Assembly: GCA_963803435.1 (NCBI GenBank)
Contig: CAWDML010000015.1
Coordinates: 1-64,000 of the forward strand
Reading direction: 5' to 3'
DNA length: 64,000 nt
From: an uncultured delta proteobacterium
Lineage (GTDB): Bacteria > Myxococcota > Kuafuiibacteriia > Kuafuiibacteriales > Kuafuiibacteriaceae
The notes under the pieces were generated by a model that was not told the DNA's origin, made no database searches, and saw only the letters and a program-made list of their open reading frames with translations. Made by a program: the position numbers and the translations under genes. Of this stretch, positions 1 through 11,008 are shown one piece after another; the first letter of the stretch is position 1; each line of letters starts with the position of its first letter.

Positions 1-2
1 CC

Positions 3-257
3 TCGTTGACGACGCTGCTCTCCTGCCTCTGCCTGGTGATCTTCGGTCGTGGCACCGTGTTGGCCGAGTTCGGGCTGCTGATGATGATCGGCATCGTCCT
101 CGGGACCTACTCGTCGGTCTTCGTGGCCACGCCAATATTCATGTACCTCCGCGAGCGATTCGGCCCTCGGGATTCGCAGAGAAGAAGAGCCCGCGCGGAC
201 AGCCGCTGGTCTGAGCGCCCGAAGCCGTCCTTCACCTTCGACCCCTTACCGCGATGA
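3..257 (+). CDS. secF: SecF protein translocase subunit, C-terminal part (5' end outside window)
   Basis: SLTTLL...FGLLMMIGIVLGTYSSVFVATP matches the SecF C-terminal TM signature; secF-recJ adjacency. The exact 3' end may be affected by an indel. Confidence 0.85.
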   Translation, partial: SLTTLLSCLCLVIFGRGTVLAEFGLLMMIGIVLGTYSSVFVATPIFMYLRERFGPRDSQRRRARADSRWSERPKPSFTFDPLPR

Positions 258-260
258 TCG

Positions 261-2138
261 GTGCCCCTAACATCCGCCCGCGGATGGCGGAGGCGGTCGA
301 ACGACGGTCGATCAAGAAGAGCCGATGAGGCCGCGGTGGAGGCGCTGGCCGTGACCTTGGGGCTGAGCCCCCGGGCGGCGCGCCGCTGGTGCGGCGGGGT
401 GTCACCGACGCGGAGATGGCCGGAGGTATCTGAGCCCGCGGCTGTCGGATCTGCCGGAGCCGTTCACGATGAAGGGGCTGGAGCGCGCCTCCAACCGCCT
501 CGCAGACGCCGTCGCTCGGCAGGAGCGCGTCACGCTGACGGCGACTACGACGTCGACGGGGTCACCTCGACCTCCCTCTTGGCGGCCTTCCTCCGCCTCC
601 ACGGGTTGGAACCGGCGATCTACATCCCCAAGCGTCTGATCGAGGGCTACGGGCTCAACCGGGAGGCCGTCGAGAAGATCGCCGGGGACGGCACCAAGGT
701 GCTGGTCACGCTGGACTGCGGGATCACGGCGGCAGACGAGATCGGACGGGCCAACGATCTCGGCATCGACTGCATCGTGGTCGATCACCACCGCTGCCCC
801 CCGACCTCCCGCCGGCGTACGCCACGCTGAATCCGCAGCAGGCCGACTGCGCGTATCCGGAGAAGGTCCTGGCCGCCGTCGGCGTCACGTTCAACCTGGC
901 GATCGGGCTGAGAAAGGTCTTGCGCGAGCGCCACTGGTACACGGGGGCAAGCGAAGCGCGCAGCGAGCTCCGCGAGCGGAGTCGGGTGCGAGGGCTTCGC
1001 CCAAGCGGGCCCCGGGGGCAAGCGAAGCGCGCAGCGAGCTCCGCGAGCGGAGTCGGGTGCGAGGGCTTCGCCGAGCGAGCCCCGGGGGCCGAGCCCAACC
1101 TGCGGCGCTACCTGGATCTGGTGGCGATGGGCACCATCTGCGACATGGTCCCGCTGGTCGGCGTCAACCGGACCCTCGCCTGGTCCGGGCTAGACGAGCT
1201 GCGGTGGGCACGCCGCGCCGGGGTGCGCGCGTTGATGGAGGTCTCCCGGGTTCGGCCGCAGCAGGTCTCGAGCAGCGACGTCGGGTTCAAGCTGGGACCG
1301 CGCATCAACGCGGCGGGCCGGCTCGCCGACGCCACCGTGGGCGTGCGCTTGATGCTCTCGACGACATCAAGGAGGCGCGCCGTCTGGCCGAAGCTCTGCA
1401 CGCCGCCAACGGCAACCGAAGCTGATCGAGGGCGACGTGCTCGAGTCCGCGATCGAGCTCATCGATCGGATGCCGTCGTTGCCGGAGGCGATCGTGGTCT
1501 GGGACGAGACCTGGCACCCGGGCGTGGTCGGGATCGTGGCGTCGCGTCTGGTCGAGCGCTACGACCGGCCCGCGGTGCTGATCGGCGAGGGCGGCCGCGG
1601 GAGCGCACGCACCGCCCGCGGCATCCACCTGTACGACGCCATCTCGGACTGCGCCGAGCTCCTGACCAAGTTCGGCGGCCATCGAGCGGCGGCGGGTCTT
1701 CGCATCCCGTTCCGCAACGTCGAGGCTTTCGCGGCCGCGCTCGCCTCGCGGATTGGGCAGGATCCCGAGTTTGCGACCCACTTCGAGGCCACCCTGGTCT
1801 ACGACGACGAGCTCGCGCCGGGCGACGTCGACGACTCGTGCTTCCGCGATATCCAGCAGCTCGAGCCGTTCGGGAACGGCAACCCTGAGCCGCTCTTCCG
1901 CATGACGAACGTTCGCGTCCGCACCACTCGCGTGGTCGGCGGCGAGCACCTCAAGATGCGCCTTCACGAGGGCCGCTTCGGCGGCCTCGACGCCATCGCC
2001 TTCAAGCGCGGCGAGCTGGAGCCCGACCTCAAGGAGCGCCCAATCAATCTCGCCTGTACCTGGAGAAGAACGAGTACGCCGGCCTGGGAACCTGGAGCTC
2101 CGCATTCGCGATTCAGAGGCGTAGACGACGTGATATGA
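261..2138 (+). CDS. recJ: ssDNA exonuclease RecJ (several apparent frameshifts; contains an in-frame repeat insert)
   Basis: Motifs GDYDVDG, TLDCG, DHH, GPRINAAGR, WHPGVVGIVASRL, FGGH.AAAG and LEPFG.GNPEP are spread over several frames. Confidence 0.9.
947..1087 (+). repeat. Two tandem ~71-bp repeat units inside recJ
   Basis: Units start at 947 and 1018 (gcaagcgaagcgcgcagcgagctccgcgagcggagtcgggtgcgagggcttcgcc...); total 141 bp, frame preserved. Confidence 0.9.
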
Positions 2139-2794
2139 ATGACCCCGATGGATCGGGATCGGCTGCGCATCACCGAGATCTTCTTCTCGGTCCAGGGCGA
2201 GTCGAGCTTCGCCGGACGCCCCTGCAGCTTCGTTCGCCTCATGGGGTGCAACCTGCGCTTCGTCTGGTGCGACACCGAATACAGCTTCACCGGGGGCGTC
2301 ACGATGACCATCGATCAGATCCTGGAGGCCGTACGCGCGCACCCCACGAAGCTGGTCGAGATCACCGGCGGTGAGCCGCTCCTCCAGAAGGGCGCGCCCG
2401 TGCTCGCGCAACGCCTCCTCGACGAGGGCTATACGGTGCTCTGCGAGACCAGCGGCGAGCGAAAGATCGACCTCATGCCCCCGGGCGTCCGCCGATCATG
2501 GATTTGAAGGCACCCGGGAGCGGCGAGACCCAGCAGAACGACTGGGACAACCTCGATCGGCTCCGCGACGGCGACGAGCTGAAGTTCGTCCTGGCCGATC
2601 GGATCGACTTCGAGTGGATGCTGTCGGTGGTCCGCGAGCACCGCCTCCAGGGGCGCGTCCCGCTCCACGCGTCACCGGTCCATGGACGGCTCGAGGCCCG
2701 TGCGCTGGCCGAGTGGATCCTGGCGGAGGGCGTGGACGTCCGCATCAACCTCCAGCTCCATAAGCTCCTGTGGCACGACGCGCGCGGGAGGTAA
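2139..2794 (+). CDS. queE: 7-carboxy-7-deazaguanine synthase QueE (radical SAM), frameshift near 2490
   Basis: EIFFSVQGES, GCNLRFVWCDT (CxxxCxxC with one substitution, possibly an error), ITGGEPLLQ, MDLKAPGSGE, QLHKLLW. Confidence 0.85.
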
Positions 2795-2846
2795 CCTGTT
2801 CCGCCGTGCCCACGGAGGCACGGCTTTGGCGCCTGCAACGGCCCCC

Positions 2847-4536
2847 TCAGGGGGTGGTCGAGGTCGCGACTTGGGGCGGCTTCTCGTACGCATCCGCTGC
2901 CGATGATCGTCATGGTCGCGCGGGTTGCGACCAGGTCGCTCTCGTTGGCGGTGAGCGGGTTTCGATCAACACGGTGAGATCGGCGGTGTAGCCCTTCTCG
3001 ATGCGTCCCAGGTGGTCCTCCTGGAACGCGGCGTAGTTGGCGCCCTTGGTGAACGCGTCCAGCGCTTGCGTGGGGGTCATCCGCTGGTCGGCGTACCAGC
3101 CCTCCTCGGGCTCGCCGAACTCGTTCTTCCGCGTGATTGCCGCATAGAGGCCGAGGATCGGGGAGACGTCCTCGACGGGTGCGTCGCTCCCGGCGGCGAC
3201 CGTCGCGCCGCGGTCAGCAGCGACTGCCAGGCGTACGCGCCCTTGATCCGCTCGGGGCCGAGGCGATCCTCCGCCCAGGGCATGTCGCTGGTGGCGTGGG
3301 TGGGCTGGATGGAGGCGATGATCCCGAGCTTGCCGAAGCGACCGATGTCGTCGGGCGCGAGCACCTGCGCGTGCTCGATGCGGGGCGGGCCCGCCAGGCT
3401 TTGCCGGCGAAGACCTTCTCGTAGATGTCGAGGACCGTGCGGTTGCCCAGGTCCCCGATGGCGTGGGTGGCCACCTGGAACCCTTTGGACTCGGCCATCC
3501 GGACGCGCCTCTCGATCTCGTCGGGCGGGAGGTTGAGGTCACCTTGTTCCGGCGGTCGTCGGAGTAGGGGGCGAGCAGGGCGGCGCCGCGGGAGCCGAGG
3601 GCGCCGTCGACCATGAGCTTGACGCCTCGGATGTGAGCCGGGAGGGCGAGCCGGGAGGCGGGAGGATTGGCGCCTCCTCGAGGGTGAGATCCGAGTCCGG
3701 CTCGGTCCAGTCGTGCATCACGTAGACGCGGAGCTTGAGGCGGCCGTCGGCGTCGAGCTTCTTCATCGCCGCGATGGTCTCGAGCGGCATGCCCATGTCC
3801 TGCACCTGGGTCAGGCCGGCCCGGATGCACTCGTCCTGGGCCAAGAGCAGCGCCTGCTCGAGCTGCGCTCCGGTCAGGGTCGGGACGTGGCGCCCGATCA
3901 GCGCCATCGCGTTGTCGACGAAGATGCCGCTGGGACGTCCGCGGACCTTCACGATCTCTCCGCCGGGCACGCGGCCTCGGCCATCGACCTCTGCGATCTT
4001 CATCGCACGCGTGTTCACCCAGATCGCGTGGCCGTCGATGCGCGTCAGCACGACCGGGTTGTTCGCGCGATACCGTCGAGATCCGCCGCCGTGGGAAACT
4101 TCTGGCGCTTCAGATCGAAGCCCTCCCAGTCGTTCTGATCCCAGCCGCGGCCGCGGATCCATTCACCGGGCGCTGCGCTCGCGACCGCCTCTGCGACCTT
4201 CTGCTTCACCGCGTCGAGCGTCTTGGTTCCGATCAGATCCACCGCGAACCGCTTGGCGCCGACGCCGGCGAGATGGACGTGCGCGTCGACCAAGCCGGGC
4301 ACGACCGTGCGCCCGGCGAGTGAGACCACCGGTCTGCTCCCCGATCCACGACTTCACCTCGTCGTCCGATCCGATCTCCACGATACTCTCCGCGACACCG
4401 CGACCGCGGTGGCGCCGGGGTGCGCGTCGCTGACGATCGGCCACCGGAGAGCACGATCTCTGCGCGAGGGGGCGGCGGTGGCGGAGGCGGCGCGACTTTC
4501 TGCGTGGAGCAGCCAGCCAACAAGAAGAGCGCGCAT
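2847..4536 (-). CDS. YtcJ-like amidohydrolase lipoprotein, many apparent frameshifts
   Basis: [38 protein letters not shown] and GSDAPVE in different frames; lipobox-like N-terminus. Confidence 0.8.
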
Positions 4537-4670
4537 CCGATCGCGGTATCCGCGCGTCGTCAACCCAGCATCGCCGTCCTCTAACCCAGGGAAGTCGCAA
4601 GCGCAAATTCGTTTCGTCCTCCCAACGAACGTTTGACTCGGGACGGTGCGGTGCCTAACAACGAGGTTCG

Positions 4671-5843
4671 ATGAGCCAAAAGAGGGACTACTACGAGGTG
4701 CTGGGCGTTCCTCGGGACGCCGACCAGCGCACCATCAAGTCCTCGTACCGCAAGCTGGCTCTCAAGTACCACCCCGATCGGAACCCCGGCGACCACGCTG
4801 CCGAGGAGAGCTTCAAGGAGGCGGCCGAGGCCTACGAGGTCCTCTCCGACGACCAAGCGGGCAATCTACGATCGCGCAGGCTTCGATGGCCTCCGGACCG
4901 GCGGGTTCAATCCGAACTTCACCGGCGACCTCGGCGACATCTTCTCCCACTTCGGCGACATCTTCTCCGAGTTCTTCGGCGGCGGCGGCTTCGCCTTCGG
5001 TGGCGCCAGCCGCGGCCCTCGCCCCACGGTCGGCGCCGATCTGCGCTTCGATATGAGCATCTCCCTGGAGGAGGCGCTCAAGGGCGCGACCCGCCAAATC
5101 GAATCGCCCGCAACGCACCTTGCAGGAACTGCATGGGCACCGGCGCGAAGGACGCCGAGATGGTCACGTGCGCCGCCTGCGGCGGCCGCGGTCAGGTCGT
5201 GCAGGGCCGCGGCGGTTTTCATGATCGCGACCACCTGTCGAGCCTGCGGCGGGAGAGGTCGTGCGCCCCGCGAGGTCTGCCCCGACTGCGAAGGGCAGGG
5301 CGCGATCGAGGAGACCAAGAAGCTCGAGGTCAAGGTTCCGCCCGGCGTCGACACCGGCGTTCGGCTCCGGCTCCAGGGCGAGGGCGACGCCGGTCCTTCG
5401 GCGGTCCGCCCGGCGATCTCACGTCTTCATCTCGGTCAAAGCGCACGGCATGTTCGTCCGCGACGCGGCCGATCTGCACTGCGAGCTGTCCGTCGGCTTC
5501 CCCACCGCTTGCATCGGCGGCGAGGCGAAGGTGCCCCGCCTGGTGGAGGGCGAGGTCGCCGTGACGATCCCCGCCGGGATGCAGCCGGGCGACGTCATCC
5601 GGATCGAGGGCGAGGCTTGCCCCGGCTGGGCGGGCGCGGCGTCGGCGATCTGCTGGTCCACCTCACCATCGCCGTGCCGAAGCGCCTCAACGAGAAACAG
5701 AAGAAGGTCCTCGACACCCTCGCCGAGGTCCTCCCGACCGAGTCCAAAGCTCTGCGGACGGACCCGAGCGCCGCGAGACCAAGCGAAGAACCAAGAAGCC
5801 CGGCATCTTCGATCGGATCCGGGACGCGTTCGAAGGCGATTGA
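4671..5843 (+). CDS. dnaJ: Chaperone DnaJ (apparent frameshifts)
   Basis: RDYYEVLGV...[10 protein letters not shown]-domain, G/F region, CxxCxGxG repeats, VPPGVDTG. Confidence 0.92.
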
Positions 5844-5846
5844 GCG

Positions 5847-5978
5847 ATGTCCGGCCCCAGCTCTGCCACGGTCGCACGCGGGGCATACTTCGGCGGTCTG
5901 CTCGCCGGTGGTGTGATCCTCGGCGTCGGGTTCTACGTGCTCTCTGCGGTGAGGCGGTGGCTGGAGGATTCCGCTTGA
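5847..5978 (+). CDS. Putative 43-aa single-TM small protein
   Basis: ATG 3 nt after the dnaJ stop; MSGPSSATVARGAYFGGLLAGGVILGVGFYVLSAVRRWLEDSA. Confidence 0.45.
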   Translation: MSGPSSATVARGAYFGGLLAGGVILGVGFYVLSAVRRWLEDSA

Positions 5979-6089
5979 GATGGCGGTTGTAGCTCTGGGG
6001 ATGTTGGTAACCACTCGAATTTGGAAGCGGAGTGCCGCCCGCGCGCTTGACAGTCCAATCGAGCCCAAAGACCGTACATAGTAGAGCCG

Positions 6090-6830
6090 ATGACGCCTCT
6101 TCAAGTGACGCCGCCAAATCCGTCCGTTGCCACCCAGGCCTTCGCGGCGATCAGCCCGCTGGCGATGGTTTTGATCCTCGCGGGATCCATCCTCGTGTTC
6201 GCGCTGGCGCTCGAGCAGCTGTGGACGTTCTGGCGCTTGATCGAGAACGCGCGCGACCTGGGGACCGAGGCCGGCAAGGCGCTCTATCACGGAGATCTTC
6301 AGGCGGCGCGCACGGTCTGTGAGCGGAGCAGCTTCCCCGTCGCCACATCCTGATCGCTGCGCTCAACAAGGTGAACCGTCCGGCGAGTCGATCCATCGTG
6401 CGGCCGAGCGCGAGCGACAGCGCTTCAGCCTGTGGATGAAGAAGCGTTTGTGGGCGCTCGGCACGATGGGCGCGCTCGCGCCGTTCGTCGGTCTGTTCGG
6501 CACGGTGGTCGGCATCATCCGCGCGTTTCGCTCGATCGCCGTCAGCGGCGCCGGTGGCTTCTCGGTGGTCGCAGAGGGCGTTTCGCAGGCGCTCGTCGCA
6601 ACGGCCGGCGGTATCGGCGTCGCGGTCCTGGCGGTGGGTTCTTCAACTACTTCCAGTCACGCGGCAACCGTTCGGCGATCGAGGTGAAGCTGGTGGTCGA
6701 CGAGTTCCTCGAGCGGCTCGAGGCCTGCGCGTCGGGCGAGCGGCCGCCTCCGCCCCAGCGTCCCGCGGCGATGACCGACTCGTCCGAGATCCAGCTCGCG
6801 CCGCCTCAGGTCGCCGGCAGCGAGGGTTGA
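6090..6830 (+). CDS. MotA/TolQ/ExbB proton channel protein (apparent frameshifts)
   Basis: LGTMGALAPFVGLFGTVVGII and GVSQALVATAGG. Confidence 0.85.
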
Positions 6831-6833
6831 TCG

Positions 6834-7296
6834 ATGGGTGGCGCAGGTCCCAAGGAGCAGAGCCTCGACGAGGGTGAGATCCCCCGAGCAGGGATCCTTC
6901 ACCGACATCAACATCGTCCCGCTCGTCGACATCATGCTGGTGCTCCTGGTGATCCTCATGGCGACCAGCACCGCGATCCTCGAGGCCGGTCAGGGCCAGG
7001 GCGCCGGCTTCAAGGTCAACCTGCCGACCGGATCCCAGAGCGACGAGGTGGCGTCGGCCAGCGACTATCTGGTCGTGGCGATCCTCGCCGACGGGACGGT
7101 TCTGGCCCGGGGCGAGCAGGTCTCTCCGACCGAGCTCCAGCAGATCTTCAGCGAAGAGGCGAAGAAGAACGCCTCGAAGGTGGTCCTGGTCCAGGCGGAC
7201 GGCGAAGCGATCCACAAGCGCGTCGTCGAGGTCATGGAATCCGCGCGCAAGGCAGGGTTGCAGAACCTGGCGATTGCCACGAAGCCCGAGCAGTAA
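6834..7296 (+). CDS. ExbD/TolR family protein
   Basis: INIVPLVDIMLVLLVILM, VNLP, ADGE; the start is probably ATG 6834 followed by an early indel. Confidence 0.85.
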
Positions 7297-7410
7297 GATC
7301 CCACTTTACAAATCCTGACGTGGCGTATTTGTGTGCCGTCACGCCGTGGACAGGGCGAACCGCCGCTCGATACGGTGGTAGAGCCCCGTTGCCCCGGGAA
7401 AGGACATCAG

Positions 7411-8480
7411 ATGAAGACGCTGAAGCTGGCGATCGCCGGTGTTGAAAGCGCCAGCTCCTGGTTCAAGGCCTCGAGTACTACAAGGATCGTTCGGAGACCT
7501 CGGCGGCCTGATGACCCCGAATCGGGGGCTACCGGTTGCAGGACGTAAAGGTGGTGGCCGCCATCGACGTCGACCGACGCAAGGTCGGCAAGCCCTCGAA
7601 GAGGCGCATGTCCGGGAACCCAACAACGCCACGATCTTCCAGAAGGAGCTCCCGCGGAGCGGTGTCACGGTCTCGATGGGACCGGTCCTCGACGGCGTCC
7701 CGGCCCACATGGCCGACTATCCGGACGCCCAGGCCTTCCGGGTGGCCAAGTCCAATCCGGTGGACGTGACGCGCCTCCTCAAGGAGAGCGGCGCCGAGGT
7801 GCTGGTCAGCTACCTGCCGGTCGGCTCCGAGGACGCCACCAAGCACTACGCCACCGCCTGCCTCGAGGCCGGCGTCGGCATGGTCAACTGCATTCCGGTC
7901 TTCATCGCGTCCAACCCCGAGTGGGCCGAGCAGTTCAAGAAGAAGAACGTCCCCATCGTCGGCGATGACATCAAGAGCCAGGTCGGCGCCACCATCGTGC
8001 ACCGCACGCTGGCGCGCCTGATGGCCGACCGCGGCGTGAAGCTCGAGCGCACCTATCAGCTCGACACCAGCGGCGAGACCGACTTCCTCAACATGCTCGA
8101 GGAGGAGCGCCTCAAGACGAAGCGCATCTCCAAGACCGAGTCCGTCCAGAGCCAGCTCGACGCGCGCCTCCCCGCCGGCGACATCCACATCGGCCCCTCC
8201 GACTACGTGGCCTGGAGAGGGACAACAAGGTCTGCTTCCTCCGCATGGAGTGGGTGGGCTTCGGCGACGTCCCGATGCACATCGAGGCCCGCCTGTCCGT
8301 CGAGGACTCTCCGAACAGCGCCGGCGTCGCCATCGACGCCATCCGCCTCGCCAAGCTCGCCAAGGAGCGCGGCATCGGTGGCCCCCTCCTCGAGGCGAGC
8401 GCATACCTGATGAAGCACCCCCCGCAGCAGATGCGCGACACCGTGGCCCGCGACAAGCTGGAGGCGTTCATCGTCGGCTC
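7411..8480 (+). CDS. ino1: Myo-inositol-1-phosphate synthase (apparent frameshifts; 3' end abuts IS630)
   Basis: YLPVGSE, VNCIPVFIAS, GDDIKSQVGATI, ISKTESVQSQL, HIGPSDYV, VEDSPNSAG. Confidence 0.9.
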
Positions 8481-9666
8481 AGCAGCTGGATCACTGATTT
8501 CTAGCGCATTTATCCGCGGTGGACCTGCTTTGTGCGTCTGCCGAAATCCATGATCTTGTCGAGGATCTCGTCGGCCGTCTTCGTCCATACGAAGGGCTTG
8601 CCTTCTTCGTTGTGCACTTCGACGTAGTCGACGATCGCCTTGCGAAGTACCGGGACGCTGGTGTGGGAGCCGCGAGTGAGTGCTTCCTCGGTCAGCAGTG
8701 CGAAGAACCGTTCCACCAGGTTTAGCCATGAGGAATAGGTTGGTGTGAAGTGGAGCTGGAAGCGCGGATTGCGTAGCAGCCACCTCTTAACCTGTGGAGT
8801 CTTGTGCGTCGCGAGGTTGTCGAGGATGACGTGAACGTCAAGTTCCGGCTCTACCGCGTTGTCGATCGTCCCGAGGAATGCGACGAAGTCCTTCGCTCGG
8901 TGTCGTGCCTTGGTCTGCGCGATGACCTTGCCCGTGGCGACGTTGAGGGCGGCGAAGAGGTCGAGCGTTCCGTGGCGGATGTAGTTGTGGGTCTGTCGCT
9001 CGGGCATCCCGAGATCCATCGGAAGGATCGGTTGAGCACGCTCCAGCGCCTGGACCTGCGGCTTCTCGTCGAAGGAGAACACGACAGCGTTGTCGGGCGG
9101 GCTCATGTACAGACCGACGACGTCGCGAATCTTCGAGATGAACTGCGGATCGTTCGACAACTTGAAACCGCGAACGACGTGGGGCTTGAGGCCATGCGCC
9201 CGCCAGATCCGTCCGACGCTACTGGCGCTCACCCCGGCATTCTTTGCCATCTTCCGCGTGCTCCAATGCGTACGGCCCTTCGGCGTCGTTTCCAGCGTTT
9301 GCACCACGATCTCTTCAACCTGATCATCACTGATCTTTCGCGGAGCGCCGACGCGAGGCTGGTCGTACAGCCCCTCGAGACGGCACTCCGCAAACCGCCT
9401 TCTCCACAGACGAACGGTGTGGTGAGACACGTGATGGTTCCGCGCCACCGCCGCATCGGTCGCGCCAGTGGAACTGCTCAGCACCAGTTTCGCGCGAAGT
9501 GCCAGCTGTCGATTCGACCGCACGCGACGAGTCAATCGTTCGAGCTCGCGCTGTTCGTCGTCAGTCAGCGTGATCTCCGTTTTTCGAGGTCCTTTGTTCG
9601 CCCCCACGAACCACGTAGATCACACAAAGGATCTACACGCTAGAGATTTCGGACCCGGCTGACTAG
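8478..9666 (-). mobile_element. IS630-family insertion sequence
   Basis: Transposase ORF, lower GC, imperfect terminal inverted repeats (~8478-8506 vs 9638-9666), CTAG at the right end. Confidence 0.85.
8510..9607 (-). CDS. IS630-family transposase
   Basis: HTH (THWSTRKMA), FKLSNDP.F, DEK, DNLATHK, HFTPTYSSWLNLVE. Confidence 0.95.
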   Translation of the reverse strand: MGANKGPRKTEITLTDDEQRELERLTRRVRSNRQLALRAKLVLSSSTGATDAAVARNHHVSHHTVRLWRRRFAECRLEGLYDQPRVGAPRKISDDQVEEIVVQTLETTPKGRTHWSTRKMAKNAGVSASSVGRIWRAHGLKPHVVRGFKLSNDPQFISKIRDVVGLYMSPPDNAVVFSFDEKPQVQALERAQPILPMDLGMPERQTHNYIRHGTLDLFAALNVATGKVIAQTKARHRAKDFVAFLGTIDNAVEPELDVHVILDNLATHKTPQVKRWLLRNPRFQLHFTPTYSSWLNLVERFFALLTEEALTRGSHTSVPVLRKAIVDYVEVHNEEGKPFVWTKTADEILDKIMDFGRRTKQVHRG

Positions 9667-9752
9667 GAGCGTGTAGCGCGTAAGCGCTCACGCGACCCCG
9701 GTCCGGGTCCCGGTCCCGGTCCGGGTCCCGATCTGAAGATGGCTGCCTTGAG

Positions 9753-10450
9753 TCAGACGCTCGCGACGGTCGCGAGCTTCGATCGGTAGAGCTTGAGCAG
9801 GTTGTGGGTGAGGCAGACGAGCGTCCCCTCGGCTCGTACCTTGAAGAAGGAGCGTAGCGAGAACCGGCGGAATCCTCGTGCCCCTTTGATCTGTCCGAGC
9901 GCCGGTTCGACGATACTCTTCCTGCGGGCGTAGACCGCCTTGCGGTCGCGCGTTTGCAACTTGTCTCGCATTCGCTTGCGAGCGAGCGAGGCAGGTGTGG
10001 GCTGGAGCATCGGGACGAGGTGTTGCTGATCAGGTGCCTGGTTGCTGACCCCTTCGGCGACAATCACCTGAGCGTGCTCATCTACGACAACTTGGGCATT
10101 GTAGGCCTGGAGGTACGCTCCATCCTTCAACATGATCCTGCTGTCTGAGTCGGTGAAGTTCCTCTGAGCGTTGGGCCTCGGTGTGCCGTCCACATTTGCA
10201 GGAACGCGATGATGCGGCCATCCATCACTTCGTTCAGTTGGGTCTGGGGAGGCGTACAGAAGCAGCGCGATCATCATTCGAGGCGAGTACGGTCCTTGGA
10301 CTGGATCGAGATCTCGATCGCGCTCAGCTCTACCTCATCGACGACGTCCAAGACGAAGTACGCGAGATGATTTTCTGGGAGCCACTCGAGAGGAGACGGC
10401 GGGAGCAAGAACGATTGTCTCGGAGTCCAAGAACGGTATTGCTTCGCCAC
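9753..10450 (-). pseudogene. IS1182-family transposase remnant
   Basis: N-terminus VAKQYRSWTPRQSFLLPPSPLEWLPENHLAYFVLD and C-terminus YARRKSIVEP..HNLLKL; 16, 603 and 168 bp are missing relative to copy 2. Confidence 0.85.
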
Positions 10451-10569
10451 GAAACCATGGGATCAAGTCCAGGCGTCGAAGTCGATCCGCCCAACGATCG
10501 ATTCCAGACGAAACGACCTCCAAGAACTTCTGCCGGTCAAAGTGGACGAGCTACCGCAAGCTAGCTTGC

Positions 10570-10938
10570 ATGGTCACTTTCGATCACGAGAAGCTCGAGG
10601 TCTACCAGCTCGCCGTCGAGTATGCCGACATCGCTGAAGAGATCGCACAAGAACTGCAACCCGGTCACGCTCACGTCCGCGATCAGCTTCGGCGGGCATC
10701 CGATTCCATCGTGAACAACACCGCCGAGGGCGCCGGAGAGTTCAATCCACCTGAGAAGGCTCGCTTCTACCGGATGGCACTTCGCTCTGGCACCGAAAGC
10801 GCCGCCTCACTCCACACCTGCTTGAGGCGCCGACTCGCCAACGAGCAGAAGGTCCAAGCCGCCAGAGCCAAGCTCAAGCGCGTTGTCGAGATGCTCACGC
10901 GCCTCATCAAGTCGATGAACGCACGCCGGGCTGCATGA
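10570..10938 (+). CDS. Four-helix-bundle protein (23S rRNA IVP / bAvd-like)
   Basis: FDHEKLEVYQLA...DQLRRASDSIVNNTAEG...ARFYRMALRSGTE. Confidence 0.9.
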   Translation: MVTFDHEKLEVYQLAVEYADIAEEIAQELQPGHAHVRDQLRRASDSIVNNTAEGAGEFNPPEKARFYRMALRSGTESAASLHTCLRRRLANEQKVQAARAKLKRVVEMLTRLIKSMNARRAA

Positions 10939-11008
10939 TTGCCATCGGGACCGGGACCGGGACCGGGACCCGGACCGGGCTCGCGGTAGCGCTACGCGCT
11001 ACACGCTC

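Noticed and set aside
4537-4670. CIRCE operator upstream of dnaJ
   Set aside because: No TTAGCACTC-N9-GAGTGCTAA match; only a weak TTGACT box.
10570-10938. Diversity-generating retroelement suggested by the Avd-like gene
   Set aside because: No reverse transcriptase and no TR/VR pair differing at adenines in the window.
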